The notes: generated from the sequence alone by a model not told the origin. Shown: positions 17,230 to 26,939, numbered from the stretch's first letter. The stretch is DNA of 48,883 bases from Nitrospirota bacterium (GCA_030638335.1 DAOWET010000078.1:1-48883), one strand, 5' to 3'. A program made the numbers and translations.

Positions 17230-17859
17230 ATGATGACCCCAAGCCTTAACGAGCTTGAGCTTGACGCACTAAAGGAAATGATGAATATCGGGTTTGGACG
17301 CGCTGCCGGGGAACTCAGCGATATCCTTGGAACCCAGGTGGCGCTGGCTGTGCCGCAGATAGAGGTTATGCGCTTTGACGAGATAGACAAATATCTCTTC
17401 AGCACCATGAAGGAAGAGACAGGCTACAATGTTATCAGGCAGTTCTTTATCGGCAACTTCGAGGGCCGCTCCCTTCTTCTACTGCCCTACAGCCAGGGGA
17501 AGCTGTTTTTCTCATGTTTCTGTGACAGCCTTGAATATGACAGCGGCATTGATATAGACCTCCTTGAAAAAGAAACGCTGCTTGAGATCGGCAATATCAT
17601 CATCGGAGCATGTGTCGGAAAGATAGCTGAACTGCTTAAGGATAGGGTCAAGTTCAGCCCTCCGAGTTTTATCAGGATTAAAGCGGACCAGATTTTGCCT
17701 GACGAAAATGCGGGCGAGGAAAAATTCGTCCTTTCCTTCAAGACCGTATTCCAGTTCGAGCACCAGAACGTCTCAGGATACCTGTTCCTTATTATTGACT
17801 ACGGCACGGCCAAGTGGCTCAAGGACGCCATATCCGATTTTCTGGGTCAATACCAGTAA
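17230..17859 (+). CDS. CheC-family CheY-P phosphatase
   Basis: Two copies of the CheC active-site pattern [DE]-x3-E-x2-N are present: DALKEMMN and ETLLEIGN. The size is 209 aa. Confidence 0.8.
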   Translation: MMTPSLNELELDALKEMMNIGFGRAAGELSDILGTQVALAVPQIEVMRFDEIDKYLFSTMKEETGYNVIRQFFIGNFEGRSLLLLPYSQGKLFFSCFCDSLEYDSGIDIDLLEKETLLEIGNIIIGACVGKIAELLKDRVKFSPPSFIRIKADQILPDENAGEEKFVLSFKTVFQFEHQNVSGYLFLIIDYGTAKWLKDAISDFLGQYQ

Positions 17860-18878
17860 TGCTCACCCAGATTCTTGAATCCATCAATATCGGGCTTGTC
17901 ACCCTGGATGCGGAATTCAGGACGCGCTACTGGAACAAGTGGATGCAGCAATGTACAAATATGGACAGCAAGCTGATAGAAGGCTCCGTGATATTCGATT
18001 TCTTCCCCAACCTGAACAATCCACGTTTCATCAGAAGGGCCAAGAGTTCCATGAAGTTCGGGGAGATATGGCAGTTCTCGCAGAAACTTCATAACTACCT
18101 CTTCCCAATCAAATTAACGGGAAGTGACGGTATTGCGCTCATGCAGCAGAGCTGCAGCATGGGCCCTGTGTATGGCGAAGGCAACGTTATTGAAGCTATT
18201 TACATCACTGTCACCGACGTCACCGATATCGTTGCCTACGAGAGAAAGCTCATGGAAGCCCTCCATGACAAGGATATGCTGATGAGGGAGGTTCACCACA
18301 GGGTGAAGAATAACCTTGCTGTTATTCAAAGCCTGTTGAGGCTCCAGTTAAAAGATATTGCGGACGATAAGTCAAGAGAGTACTTCATGGATGCTGAGAA
18401 CAGGGTAAAAAGCATGACCATGATCCATGAGATGTTGCATGAGGCGGATGATATCACAAGATTGAGCACTTCCGGTTACGTTCTCAAATTAGTGGAAACA
18501 CTATTCCATAACTATAAGGTACAGCACCACATAAAGCTTGAATATGATATCCAGCACATTGAGCTTGATGTGGACACCATAATACCTTTAGGCCTTATCA
18601 TCAATGAGCTTGTATCAAATGCTTTGAAATATGCTTTCCCAAATGAAACGGAGGGCGAACTCAGAATTTCACTGAAACGGAAAGGTGAAGGAAATTACGA
18701 ATTGATCATTAAGGATACTGGCGCAGGTCTGCCAGAGGGCTTTGACCTTAATAAGACTAAATCTCTCGGGCTCCTGATAGTAAAATCTCTAGTGAATCAA
18801 TTACAGGGGACATTGGAGGCGTCGAGCAAGGGCGGAGCGGAATTCAGGATGGTCTTTACAGATAAAACCGTTGCGTAA
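17859..18878 (+). CDS. PAS sensor histidine kinase, HisKA_2 type
   Basis: TAATG overlap with the cheC-like stop. N-terminal PAS-like region, H-box HHRVKNNLAVIQSLL, and a C-terminal HATPase_c region (NELVSNALKYAF...DTGAGLP...GLLIV). Confidence 0.85.
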   Translation: MLTQILESINIGLVTLDAEFRTRYWNKWMQQCTNMDSKLIEGSVIFDFFPNLNNPRFIRRAKSSMKFGEIWQFSQKLHNYLFPIKLTGSDGIALMQQSCSMGPVYGEGNVIEAIYITVTDVTDIVAYERKLMEALHDKDMLMREVHHRVKNNLAVIQSLLRLQLKDIADDKSREYFMDAENRVKSMTMIHEMLHEADDITRLSTSGYVLKLVETLFHNYKVQHHIKLEYDIQHIELDVDTIIPLGLIINELVSNALKYAFPNETEGELRISLKRKGEGNYELIIKDTGAGLPEGFDLNKTKSLGLLIVKSLVNQLQGTLEASSKGGAEFRMVFTDKTVA

Positions 18879-19032
18879 TCCGCTGAGCCTGTCCAGCCAT
18901 CTTGATGAGCCCGGACAATCACGTTTATTGATCCGACAATTCCCTTGCATGCAGCATTGATTTGGCGATACAATCTCAGTAGTAGCCCGGATCGAAGTAA
19001 GGCTCTCACTTCTTCTGAAAACAGGCGGTGTG

Positions 19033-20319
19033 ATGAAGAAAGCCATATTACTGTTACTGTGCTCAATGATACTCACCATGACCGCTGTGCCCGAAGTTGC
19101 GGCCGAAGCGGACTCCCTGCTCCCGGACAGGAGGCGCCCTCAGTTCACAACCGACCCGGGATACATTATCATCCCCGCCCCCTACAGCATTGAAGGCATT
19201 GGAGAAGGCGTGGTCCTTTTCGGGACCGCCTATAACGTGGCCGATACCTACACCGACGTGTTCGGGGCTGTCATGACCGGCGATATCGAGGGGGTGGGAG
19301 CCGGGTTCACGGATTACCACATCATAGACAAGAGGCTTTTTCTGGACATCACGTACCAGGACATCAGCAAGGTGGTCGTCCAGAGCTACAGCGAAAGGGG
19401 CATGGACACCTCGGGAGACGATTACACGCTCGTGGAGATAGACGAGATGACATTTACAGGAGGCAGGCTTATTCTTTCATTTGAAGAAAGGATGTTCGAG
19501 ATGTACGTGCAGGGCTACGACGGCAGCTACAGCATAGGCACGCTCAAGGACCCCGACGGCAACCTCATAGCGGACGCCAGTGAGGAGGCCGGAAACGACT
19601 TCAACCTCTACGGTGCGGGCATGGTGCTTGACCTGACCGACGACAATAGCGACCCCAGAGAGGGCATCAGGATGGACACGAACCTTGGGTGGTCGCCCCC
19701 GGAGGACAGCGACGACGTGGACTACGTGGTGCTGGACAACAACCTGAGCCTCTACGTTCCCGTTGGCAAAAGGAACACATGGGTCTTTAACTACTTCAGC
19801 TCCGACGCATTCGTCCAGGACCAGGGCGAGACCGACCCGGACATTATTATGGACGAGCTTGGATTTGACTGCAGTTCCATCGGCAACAATAGGGAGAGGA
19901 AGGAATGTGAACAGTCAACGGCTGAATATGTAGACAATGTGATCGCGGCAAACCGTTACGGCACGGCATCCTCCCTTGGCGGCAGAAGCCGGCTGCGCTC
20001 CTATCCGGAAGACCGCTTCAAGGGCGCCCATACCGCATTTCTTGGCACAGAGTTCCGCTGGAACATCACCGAGGAATCCACGCCCGTGAACCTTGGTATC
20101 ATCAAGGACATCCGCACGGGCGTGCAGGCAGCCTTTTTCTATGAGATCGGCAGCGTTGCGGAATCCGCCGGAGACGTCTGGCAGGACACCAGGGCCTCAA
20201 TGGGCGCGGGGCTCAGAGTGGTCAACGCCTCCGGGCTCATATACAGGTTCGGCATAGCCACCGGAGACGAAGGGGAAGCCGTGACCCTTATCATCAACTA
20301 CCCCTGGGAAGCTTTTTAA
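19033..20319 (+). CDS. Omp85/surface-antigen(D15)-like outer-membrane barrel protein
   Basis: Signal peptide MKKAILLLLCSMILTMTAVPEVAA. C-terminal ...LGGRSRLRSYPEDRFKGAHTAFLGTEFRW... with terminal ...WEAF. Confidence 0.6.
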   Translation: MKKAILLLLCSMILTMTAVPEVAAEADSLLPDRRRPQFTTDPGYIIIPAPYSIEGIGEGVVLFGTAYNVADTYTDVFGAVMTGDIEGVGAGFTDYHIIDKRLFLDITYQDISKVVVQSYSERGMDTSGDDYTLVEIDEMTFTGGRLILSFEERMFEMYVQGYDGSYSIGTLKDPDGNLIADASEEAGNDFNLYGAGMVLDLTDDNSDPREGIRMDTNLGWSPPEDSDDVDYVVLDNNLSLYVPVGKRNTWVFNYFSSDAFVQDQGETDPDIIMDELGFDCSSIGNNRERKECEQSTAEYVDNVIAANRYGTASSLGGRSRLRSYPEDRFKGAHTAFLGTEFRWNITEESTPVNLGIIKDIRTGVQAAFFYEIGSVAESAGDVWQDTRASMGAGLRVVNASGLIYRFGIATGDEGEAVTLIINYPWEAF

Positions 20320-20480
20320 ATTAATCCAACTATAATCCAACACGGATTCCCGAACATTCCCAAGCTTCGGGAATCGGTGACGATTCAAAGATTACTCCTG
20401 AGATACCGGAACTGTATGATTACATCAGTTGCATACTACGATTGGTTATCCGCAGGCAAGTCATTGTCCGGTTAAAGTTG

Positions 20481-20903
20481 TTATGATCCTGCCCTCTGCA
20501 CAAACCACTGGAAAGATCCGGTCATTGTAATATTCCCACTATACTCTCTAACTACAACCTGCACAATAATGGTAGCCCTGCCTTTTCTTTTAAACTGGCT
20601 TTCAAAGACAGCGATATCCTTCTCTGCAATTTGCGCGGACGCAATTATTGATTCGTTTGCAGGATTCTTGAACTTTACCTCGGATTTTCTTAAAACGGGA
20701 ATTACCGAATCGCTTAATTCCGGAAAACTGTTCAGGAGGAACTGGCCACTGCAAGCCTCAGCCAAAGCAAATTGAGCACTGGCGTGAAACGTACCAAGAT
20801 GGTTCTTAAGGTTATCTTTAATTGACAGTTCAAGGCCATTGATATCAGATTTCGATCTAGTTAGTTCAAGATATTTGTTAAATGGGATTTCAGTCACTTC
20901 CAT
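20481..20903 (-). CDS. hotdog-fold thioesterase-like protein (YiiD_C/DUF4442-like)
   Basis: 140 aa. IPFNKYL...LKNHLGTFHASAQFALAEACSG resembles PaaI/YiiD_C family patterns. The gene is low-GC. Confidence 0.6.
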   Translation of the reverse strand: MEVTEIPFNKYLELTRSKSDINGLELSIKDNLKNHLGTFHASAQFALAEACSGQFLLNSFPELSDSVIPVLRKSEVKFKNPANESIIASAQIAEKDIAVFESQFKRKGRATIIVQVVVREYSGNITMTGSFQWFVQRAGS

Positions 20904-20995
20904 TTTGCATTTCCTCTCTTGGATAATAAATATTCAGACAATTATAGCAGAATCAGACTAATCAAAAACCCTTAACCGCCTGTTTTTTATTGGAT

Positions 20996-23407
20996 TTATT
21001 GGTCCTTGATACCCAACACGCGTTTGATGGCAATGAGGTTCGAGCGGAAGTTCTTGTTGTTCGGCGCAAGCGCCACGGCCTGCCTGAACTCTCCATAGGC
21101 ATCCTGATGCTGGCGGAGGTTGTAGAAGACCACGCCAAGGTTATTGTGCGCGTCCGCGTGGGAAGGGTTGGCCTGCACAGCAAGGCTCAGGTATTTCTGG
21201 GCCTGCTCTGTATCACGGGCCTCGTTGTATATGGTCCCAAGATTATTAAGCGCGTCCGCGTGGCCCGGGTCAAGCTCGATGGCAAGCATGTATTGCTGTA
21301 TCGCCCTGGCCTTCATGCCGCGCACGTCAAGGAATGTGCCCAGCCTGAAATGCGCCACCGGGCTGTCCGGCTCAAGGGCCACGGCGGCCTCGAACTCCTT
21401 CAGCGCCTCTGCGTGCATCCCCATCTTCTCAAACGCCGCGCCAAGGCCCATGCGGGCATCTGCGTAGTCCTCACTAATGGCAAGGGCGTTTCTGAACTGG
21501 ACTGCTGCCTGCTCGTACTCACCGCGCCTCAAGGATACGGTGGCCAGGTTGTATATGGCCTTGTGGCTCAGGGGGTCAAGGGCCACTGCCTTGCGGTAGG
21601 CCTCCGATGCATCCTCAAGCCGGCCCATCCTGAAGAAGGCCATGCCCAGGTCCTCATAGGCGCTTACGGCATTGCCGCCAAGCGCAATAGCCTCCTCTAT
21701 CACAGCCCTGGCGCGCTCGAACTGCCCGTCCCTCAGAAGCACCCCTCCCAAGTTCAGGCGCGGCTCTATGCCATCGGGGTGCATCCTGATGCTTTCCTGG
21801 TAGGCCTCTGCGGCCTTGTCCCTCCTGCCCATGCGCTCGTACACCACGCCCAGGTTGTTCACCGCGTCCGCGCGCCCGGGGTCAAGGGCCAGCACCCGCT
21901 CGTAGGCGAGCACGGACTCGTCATAGCGCTCAAGGCGCTCAAGGGCCACCCCCAGGTTGTAGTGGGCGTCCATATAGCCCGGGTCAAGGGAGATTGCCCT
22001 CTGGTAATGCTCTATGGCGAGTTCCCTGTCTCCTCCGGCCTCGGTGAACACGCCGAGGTTATACCAGGGCCGGGCCTTTAGAGGGCTTTTAGAGGCCGCG
22101 TCAGCCCAGAGGGTCACTCTGTCCTTCCACAGGGCGTTTCGCTCCACCGCGAGCACGGCGAGCATGCAGATGAGAAGGGCAAGCGCTACCTGTCTTGTCC
22201 TGCCTTCAAATGCGATATGAAGCCCCACCGATGCGCCCACAGCAAGCCCCGCAAGGGGCAGGTACATCCTGTACTCGGCTATTGCCATGGGGATGTGTAT
22301 GACCGAGGACTCAACGATAAGGGCCAGGTAGAACCAGATGATCGCAAACCCTAAGAGCATGGTCTCGCCCCGAATGCGCCTGACCTTTCTTATCATCAGG
22401 AAGGCCGAGGTCCATAGGGCAAGATGGAGAATGAGCGCGCCGGCAAGCGGAAGCAGGCCGGCCTGCTCGGGCGAGGGGTAGTCGTAGTCCAGGTTCTGGT
22501 TCACGGGGAAGATGAAGAGCCTCAGGTACGTGGCAACCACGCGGACCTGTGTGAGCATGTAGTCGCGGCCACCGCCCTCAAGGGAGGCATACTGACCCGC
22601 CCTCTGGCCAAGGCCGCTCAGTATCTCGCCCACAGGGCGGTCCGCGCCAATAAGGGTCATGGGCACTATTGCCATCAAGGCGATAAAGGGCAGAAGCAGT
22701 AATGCGCTTTTTCCCTTTGGTCGTTTAAAGAAAAGAACCTCAACGATCACTATCATCAGCGGAAGGGTGAAGGCGTTCTCCTTGGTCTTCATCGCAAGTA
22801 TCGCGCACACCAATGCAAGGGCGTACCATTGCCATCTCCGGCACCAGCATCGGGCACCAGTGCCCCCTTCAGTGCGGCATCCGGTACGCCAGATGAGCCA
22901 CGAGACCAGGGAGCCAAGATAGAACAGGCCCACTAATGAGGCGTGGCGCTGGAAGATGTATGTCACGGCCTCGCTCTGCACAGGGTGCGCGGCAAATATG
23001 AGCGCGGCCCACAGCCCCACGGTGCCCGCGCGCGCGGCAAGCCGTGTATCACGAAGCGCTGGCGAGGCAAACAGGAAGACCACCAGGAAGTACACAAGAA
23101 GCGAGTTCAGGGCGTGTACCAAGATGTTGAACAGGTGGTAGCCAAGGGGTTTCACTCCATGCAAGGCGTAATTTACGGCAAAGCTCAGATAGCCCACAAA
23201 GCGGCTTTTAAACGCACCGTACCATCTGAGACTCTCAGCAGCAGCGGGGTCGGTGAAATTGCCGAGGTCATGGATAATGGGGTTGTCGGCAATGAACTCG
23301 ATGCCGTCCCACTGGAAGGGCACGAACAGGGTATTGGCAAATACAAGCACCGCAAGCAACACGATCACTGCCAGAGGACGGCGGTCTAGAGGGGCAAGCT
23401 GGTTCAT
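20996..23407 (-). CDS. TMTC-like membrane protein: N-terminal polytopic (GT39/DUF1736-like) domain plus about 10 C-terminal TPR repeats
   Basis: About 430 aa with more than 10 TM helices, followed by repeated ...A...Y..A..L.P....A..NLG... TPR units. I chose the ATG at 23407 because the first ATG (23416) overlaps a TATAAT box. Confidence 0.8.
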   Translation of the reverse strand: MNQLAPLDRRPLAVIVLLAVLVFANTLFVPFQWDGIEFIADNPIIHDLGNFTDPAAAESLRWYGAFKSRFVGYLSFAVNYALHGVKPLGYHLFNILVHALNSLLVYFLVVFLFASPALRDTRLAARAGTVGLWAALIFAAHPVQSEAVTYIFQRHASLVGLFYLGSLVSWLIWRTGCRTEGGTGARCWCRRWQWYALALVCAILAMKTKENAFTLPLMIVIVEVLFFKRPKGKSALLLLPFIALMAIVPMTLIGADRPVGEILSGLGQRAGQYASLEGGGRDYMLTQVRVVATYLRLFIFPVNQNLDYDYPSPEQAGLLPLAGALILHLALWTSAFLMIRKVRRIRGETMLLGFAIIWFYLALIVESSVIHIPMAIAEYRMYLPLAGLAVGASVGLHIAFEGRTRQVALALLICMLAVLAVERNALWKDRVTLWADAASKSPLKARPWYNLGVFTEAGGDRELAIEHYQRAISLDPGYMDAHYNLGVALERLERYDESVLAYERVLALDPGRADAVNNLGVVYERMGRRDKAAEAYQESIRMHPDGIEPRLNLGGVLLRDGQFERARAVIEEAIALGGNAVSAYEDLGMAFFRMGRLEDASEAYRKAVALDPLSHKAIYNLATVSLRRGEYEQAAVQFRNALAISEDYADARMGLGAAFEKMGMHAEALKEFEAAVALEPDSPVAHFRLGTFLDVRGMKARAIQQYMLAIELDPGHADALNNLGTIYNEARDTEQAQKYLSLAVQANPSHADAHNNLGVVFYNLRQHQDAYGEFRQAVALAPNNKNFRSNLIAIKRVLGIKDQ

Positions 23408-23539
23408 GCCCAACATTATAGCATCAACCGTTTTGCACCTTTATGTTTCCCACCGTCTGTTCATCGGGCCTCCGGGGTGCCTTGTTTGTTGTCTATGGTA
23501 ATCATGACAGTTAATATTCTCTAGCGGGGCGATTCCTAT

Positions 23540-23656
23540 TTGAAAACTTCTGGTGGGGCTGCTCGCCCCACACCCCCGGCACAAATTCCCTGTCAAAGCA
23601 GAACGGGTGAGGCTAAAGGTAAAAATCATCATTAATTTTAATTGAAGTCTTTTGGC
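23540..23656 (-). repeat. orphan copy of the L-box/R-box unit
   Basis: On the minus strand: aaaagacttcaattaaaa...cacccgttctgctttgacagggaatttgtgccggggg + hairpin gtggggc/gccccac + agaagTTTT. About 45 nt are near-identical to R2 at 43382-43430, and a 17-mer matches the L-box at 43541. Confidence 0.75.
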
Positions 23657-23730
23657 TTGTTGTAGATTAAATTATTTATCACTACACACTACTTGTACCA
23701 CGGTTTCTGATTTGCTGTAGCTGGTAGCAA

Positions 23731-23849
23731 GAAAGCATGAAGTCGAAGAGTCGATCCGACTCGAAGAGTCGATCCGAGGCGTACTTTAGCTACGTCGAAT
23801 GCTTTATTGCGCCGCAGATGCAGTGAATCAGGAATCGTGGCACCGTGGG
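23731..23849 (+). repeat. modular intergenic repeat, copy C (with an internal 18-nt tandem duplication)
   Basis: gaaagcatgaagtcgaagagtcgatccgac|tcgaagagtcgatccgagg...cgaatgctttattgcgccgcagatgcagtgaatcagg. It abuts the stop codon at 23850. Confidence 0.8.
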
Positions 23850-24665
23850 TCAGAAGCGGAAGCGAAACCCCCCGGCCTCGCGCTCCTGCATGCTCATGAG
23901 CGCTTCCATCCCAAGTTCGAGGTGCCTGCCCGTGTACTTGTCGAATATGCCCTTTGCGCTTTCTGCGGTCTTGATGCCGTCTGGCCTCAGGGGGAGGTCG
24001 GAGATGAGCATGAGCGCTCCCACGGGCACATGGCGGGAAAAACCCACGGTAAAGAGCGTGGCGCACTCCATGTCTATGGCCTCGGCGCGCTCTTCAATGA
24101 GGGTATCCTTGAATTTCTCGTTGAACTCCCAGAAGCGCACGTTGGTGGTGTGGATCACGCCGTTGTGGTATGTGAGGTCGTGGCGCTCAAGCGCGTCCAC
24201 GGCAAACCTCTGCACCGTAAAGGAGCTCAGCGCCGGCACCTGCGGGGGCATGTAGGAGTTGGAGGTGCCCTCCCCGCGTATGGCGGCCACGGGGTTGAAG
24301 TAGTGGCCTATCTCGTGCTCGTCATTGAGGCCGCCGCACATGCCGAGCATCATCACCGCCCGGGGCTTTACAAAAGACAGAAGCTCCACCACAAGGGCCG
24401 CAACAGGCGAGCCCACGCTGAAGTCCACGATGGTTATGCGGCGCTTGGGGCAGTGGGCCGCGCGCATGACCGAGCCCTGGCGCACCGGGTTTTCCGTGAT
24501 CAAGCCGAAGTTGTCCACATAGGCCTTGAAGTTGGTAAGGAGCACATAGGGCTGGAACTCGTCCGACGAGCTGCCGGTGTAGCGCTCAAGGGTGTCGATG
24601 CCAACGCGGTCCTTTGAGAGCCGCTCTATCTGCTGTATGGTCTCTTCCCTGAGGCGGTCTTTCAT
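23850..24665 (-). CDS. nucleoside phosphorylase-superfamily protein, short AMP-nucleosidase-like
   Basis: PNP_UDP_1-like motifs (...MLGMCGGL..., ...MECATLF...). GGGGAGGGGAG precedes the ATG at 24665. The ORF itself extends to 24692. Confidence 0.72.
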   Translation of the reverse strand: MKDRLREETIQQIERLSKDRVGIDTLERYTGSSSDEFQPYVLLTNFKAYVDNFGLITENPVRQGSVMRAAHCPKRRITIVDFSVGSPVAALVVELLSFVKPRAVMMLGMCGGLNDEHEIGHYFNPVAAIRGEGTSNSYMPPQVPALSSFTVQRFAVDALERHDLTYHNGVIHTTNVRFWEFNEKFKDTLIEERAEAIDMECATLFTVGFSRHVPVGALMLISDLPLRPDGIKTAESAKGIFDKYTGRHLELGMEALMSMQEREAGGFRFRF

Positions 24666-24817
24666 GCTCCCCTCCCCATTCTTTAGCAACATGCGTCCTG
24701 CTTAGCAATTATACAATTTTTCCCCTTAACATAGTGGAATCACAGGGAGACTACAGGGGGACCATGGTAGAGGCCGTGGCGGTTGAGCGGGGGGGCAGTC
24801 ATGGGGTATGTTAAATC

Positions 24818-25939
24818 ATGACCCCTGAGAGCCTGTATATCCATATACCCTTCTGCCTGGGGAAGTGCCGGTACTGCGATTTCGTCTCCATCCGGTACGA
24901 TGAGGCCGTGGCAGGGCGGTATGTGGACGCTCTGCGCTCGGAGTTGAGGATGCGCGCCAACGGGGAGCTCAAGACCCTGTACATAGGCGGGGGCACGCCC
25001 ACTGTTCTTCCGGCCAAATCGCTTAAGAAGATCGTGTCCTCGGTGCGCGAGTTCTGCGCGCTTGAGCCCGGGGCAGAGATCACATGCGAGGCAAACCCGG
25101 GCACGCTGGATAAGGAGAAAGCGGATGCCATTGCGGAGGCCGGGGTGACGCGTCTTTCTATCGGAGTACAGAGTTTTGATAATGAGGTGCTAAAAACACT
25201 TGGGCGGATGCATGGGGCGGATGATGCGCGGCAGGCGTTGGAGCTTGCAGGGCAATTTCCATTTGACGTATCGCTTGACCTTATATATGACGTTCCGGGG
25301 CAAAGTCTGGATACGTGGAAGAAGACGCTCCAGGAGGCCGTTTCGATGGGACCTGTGCATGTATCGGCCTATGAGCTTACGCCAGAGGAGGGCACGCCCC
25401 TTATGGATGCGCTGAAGGCCGGAGAACTCTCCATGCCCCATGAGGAAGAGGCGCTTGAGATGTTCCATGCAGCAAGGGAGTTGCTTGGCGCTGAGGGCTT
25501 TGAGCACTACGAGATATCGAACTATGCAAAGCCCGGTAAAAAGAGCCTGCATAACATGAACTACTGGAGGCGGGGCGAGTACCTTGGGGTTGGCACTGCC
25601 GCGCATTCGCTTGTGGGCGAGGAGCGCACGGCAAATAATAAATTCGTGTTCGAGTATCTAAAACTCCTTGGCGAGGGAATCCTTCCCATTGACGAGACCT
25701 CGGAGCTTACTCCTGATGATGCAAAGAGGGAGTATGTGTTTCTGGGGCTGAGGATGCTTGAGGGGCTTCATATGCAGGAGGCAAAAGAGAGGTTCGGGCT
25801 TGAACTGAACGGTTCCACACAGGGACTGATCGAGCAGGGGCTTATGGAGAAGGCAGGAGACAGGATGCGCCTTACCCAGCGGGGGCTCGAACTCTCAAAC
25901 ACAACAGTGGGTTCGGTTCTTGAAAAGTTAGGTCTATAG
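24818..25939 (+). CDS. hemW: radical SAM heme chaperone HemW (coproporphyrinogen III oxidase-like)
   Basis: LYIHIPFCLGKCRYCDF CxxxCxxC motif, GGGTP, and a C-terminal HemN_C-like region. Confidence 0.92.
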   Translation: MTPESLYIHIPFCLGKCRYCDFVSIRYDEAVAGRYVDALRSELRMRANGELKTLYIGGGTPTVLPAKSLKKIVSSVREFCALEPGAEITCEANPGTLDKEKADAIAEAGVTRLSIGVQSFDNEVLKTLGRMHGADDARQALELAGQFPFDVSLDLIYDVPGQSLDTWKKTLQEAVSMGPVHVSAYELTPEEGTPLMDALKAGELSMPHEEEALEMFHAARELLGAEGFEHYEISNYAKPGKKSLHNMNYWRRGEYLGVGTAAHSLVGEERTANNKFVFEYLKLLGEGILPIDETSELTPDDAKREYVFLGLRMLEGLHMQEAKERFGLELNGSTQGLIEQGLMEKAGDRMRLTQRGLELSNTTVGSVLEKLGL

Positions 25940-25943
25940 AACA

Positions 25944-25995
25944 AACAAGGCCGCCCTCGGATCGAGTCTGACGACCTACAACAGGCGGCCTTGTT
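25944..25995. terminator. bidirectional terminator hairpin between convergent hemW and the TPR gene, with a repeat unit in its loop
   Basis: Stem aacaaggccgcc / ggcggccttgtt. The loop holds the reverse complement of ggtcgtcagactcgatccgag. A 28-nt identity links it to the hairpin at 43079-43156. Confidence 0.7.
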
Positions 25996-26050
25996 AATGG
26001 AAATAGACCTTACAAATTTCCAGCTTTTAATGGGCGCTGTCGCCTTTCTT

Positions 26051-26917
26051 CTACTTCCCCTCATTTTCTTCTTTCCATTCCTTATATTCTTCCCTGATAT
26101 CCTCAATCGCTTTCAGTACTGTTTTATTTTCTGGTTCAAGATCACTCGCTTTATGTGCAATCTCAAGTGCCTTTTCATAGTCATCATCTTTCGTATACGT
26201 TGCTCCATAGGCAAGGATCAACAAAACATTTTCCGGTTCTAACTCTAATCCACGCTCAAGGACATCCCTGGCTTCCTCTGTATTTTCTATTTTCAAATAA
26301 TACGCACCAAGAATTAAATAGTCGTCAGCGTTTTTCGATGTTTCCAATACCCTAGTCATGTCCCTGACGATCTTTTCCTGTTCCCGTTGTCCTTCAAAAT
26401 AGGGCTGCAATAATATCATTGACTGATTTATCAGTAATGATTCATCATCGTCCAAGATGCTTATCCCTTTTTCAAGAATGTCATTAGCCTCATCATATCT
26501 CTCTTCAGCCAAATAAAAATAGCCGAGTGTATTATAAATAACAGCCTTATCCGGGGCTATTTTTATAGCTTTTTCAAAATGTTCTATAGCCTTTTCTTTT
26601 TGGCCTTCCGCGTAATATATATAGCCGAGAGCTAAATGGCTAAAATAATGAGACTCGTTGTTTTTTATTGCTTCTTTGTATAGTTGTTTCGATTTATCAA
26701 TATCAAGAGCAAATCCATACATGGTCCCCAGAACAAAGTCTCTGTTCTCCGGCTTAGATATATCTTCTTTCTCTATGATCCGTATTGTTTCATTGAGAGA
26801 ATAATAATAATTATAGGTGTTTTCGAAATTGCGCTCTATGTTAAATTCTGCTTCTGCAGCCCATGCTTGAGAATGAAGTGTAAACAGGATTCCTATGGTC
26901 AGCAATATTCTATACAT
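26051..26917 (-). CDS. secreted TPR-repeat protein
   Basis: Signal peptide MYRILLTIGILFTLHSQAWA. AAGGAGGA RBS. Multiple TPR units (..A..YY..G....A...F.KAI...P). Low-GC. Confidence 0.8.
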   Translation of the reverse strand: MYRILLTIGILFTLHSQAWAAEAEFNIERNFENTYNYYYSLNETIRIIEKEDISKPENRDFVLGTMYGFALDIDKSKQLYKEAIKNNESHYFSHLALGYIYYAEGQKEKAIEHFEKAIKIAPDKAVIYNTLGYFYLAEERYDEANDILEKGISILDDDESLLINQSMILLQPYFEGQREQEKIVRDMTRVLETSKNADDYLILGAYYLKIENTEEARDVLERGLELEPENVLLILAYGATYTKDDDYEKALEIAHKASDLEPENKTVLKAIEDIREEYKEWKEENEGK

Positions 26918-26939
26918 GGTTTATCCTCCTTCTTTATAG

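Noticed and set aside
20431-20443. A 13-nt match, tgcatactacgat, shared between 20431 and 47563.
   Set aside because: Dozens of 13-mer matches are expected by chance in a 49-kb window when both strands are counted, and the flanks show no extended similarity.
20990-22081. 363-aa plus-strand ORF, together with other antisense ORFs such as 23799..24617, 13145..13693, 13213..13869, 14624..15250, 11462..12247 and 29472..30215.
   Set aside because: Each is antisense to a gene with clear family motifs. None has an RBS or motifs, and their composition is that of antisense frames.
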